Shown piece by piece: positions 62,691 through 64,000 of a DNA stretch of 64,000 bases. Source of the DNA: Malacoraja senta (taxonomy: Eukaryota); NCBI GenBank assembly GCA_038087875.1, contig CM075989.1, forward strand, positions 17,672,001 through 17,736,000, given 5' to 3'. Numbering within the stretch: position 1 is the stretch's first letter; each line of letters opens with the position of its first letter. A program made the translations under genes and the position numbers. The notes under the pieces are model-generated. The model saw only the letters and a list, made by a program, of their open reading frames with translations. It was not told where the DNA came from and ran no database searches.

Positions 62691-64000
62691 ACAAATGCAT
62701 AATGTTAGTTCATAACATCTTTTACAAATTAAAAGGGTACGGTTAACATAAGCAGCAAAGAAGACTCTGAATAGGTTTTCCTGCAGTTGTGATTTTCCCA
62801 ATATTCCTGTCCAGTAGTAATTCCAATGGACTGTTACCTGGTGACATCTTCCGACTGACAACTGCAGACCTGGTTAACTGCTGACAAGCCCTAATCATGT
62901 TATAATGGTCACCTCAAACATTGCAACCCAAGATTAATCCTTTGGATTAAAAAAAAAGAAAATTTCTCCACTCAAGACAAAATTGAATAGGATTATTTTT
63001 TATTTGGAGAATTGTGAAAATTATTCGATGGTTTACAATCCTGCAACCATCACTGACCGTTTAAGTATGTTCATCATTCACAAAATACCATCATATTTTA
63101 CTGAACGGTAGCACTTAAAAACATAAAAGAAATTCAGTGTTAAAATTCAATGATCACTCTGGCAAACCTGTGTCTGAGTCACAATTTTCCTAAGGTACGG
63201 CGATGTACCTTGTGCCTGTGATCTCTCTTATAAACACTAGAACGGAAAGTTTGCTGAAATTATAGTTCTACTTTGCACCTATGACTTCTGAACACAATTT
63301 ATCCCGTTTCAAAGTATAAAGACTAAATTCACGCTAAGCATGAATGCAGATCACTATTGTTAAAGTCCCGTCACATAGATGCTTGCTCTCTACAAAAATC
63401 TTCATTCAAATCAAAAAAATACTGTTTACACACAATATATCACTAATGTGCAATAGACCAGGGCTGGCCATTCAGGTGCACAATGTAGACACTTCTTTCT
63501 GTGCATCTTCATAGATCTCTCAGGATGCTCCGTCAGTGTGTACCGAAGAATTGGATTGAATGCTCCTTGTTTTCAAATACACAGGACGAGATGTTAAAAG
63601 TCCAAAGTGCCAAATATCAATTTACTCCCGATGGTGATGGGAGCCTTCTGCACTCACCTATGCTCCTCCGATGTTGAGAAAGGCTTGGCAGACACGTCAT
63701 TGGGGTTATCAAGTGGGCACCTACTTTCATCGACATTTCGCTGGTTGAACCCACGACGTCTCCAACATAGAGCAAATCAAAGGATGGGATCATGCGGGAA
63801 TGGGTTTGTGAGACAGAAGATTATCTCCGATTATTGTGAATTGTAGAAGTGACTCAAGAGGTCACTTGGTCAGTTCGGCGTCTATTTCTTACACCCTTAA
63901 TAAAAATACGTCCATTTACTTTGTGATACTGTTTGTAGGTAATTTTCAAGAAAATTTTTCACTAATGGTGCAAATTGTCCAAAATTGTATGAAGCAAAGC

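Noticed and set aside
62770..62800. LQENL peptide resembling the DPP8 C-terminus (DPP8 neighbours IGDCC4 in human)
   Set aside because: Only five residues match, and the preceding IYPxERHSIR motif is absent.

Overview
Eukaryotic vertebrate genomic DNA. The repeat content (HE1/V-SINE-like SINEs, CR1, Rex1/Babar, Penelope) points to a cartilaginous fish, probably a skate or ray; this is inference. The one host gene I can support is the 5' end of IGDCC4 (NOPE, a DCC/neogenin-family Ig receptor) on the minus strand. Three phase-consistent coding exons were read by hand: 35975-35906 (signal peptide), 6781-6467 (Ig1) and 2225-2084 (first half of Ig2, absent from the ORF track). Intron 1 is about 29 kb and the gene continues past position 1. 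Its CpG-island promoter carries two uORFs and abuts a 35-bp pentamer-built minisatellite rich in WGCW motifs. The rest is intron or upstream intergenic DNA densely filled with transposon debris. The most striking signal is a dispersed family of ~100-bp Penelope-derived units, several with their own target-site duplications (TSDs). They carry a minimal hammerhead-ribozyme core (CUGAAGA-A-GGGU-CUCG-ACCC-GAAAC-GUH), and some lie sense to the IGDCC4 pre-mRNA. Also present are non-autonomous Helitrons, a MITE family with 7-bp TSDs and a 28-bp TIR-only transposon remnant. Almost all ORFs in the track are spurious or TE-derived. TE boundaries without a stated TSD are approximate, and family names come from motif recognition, not database searches.
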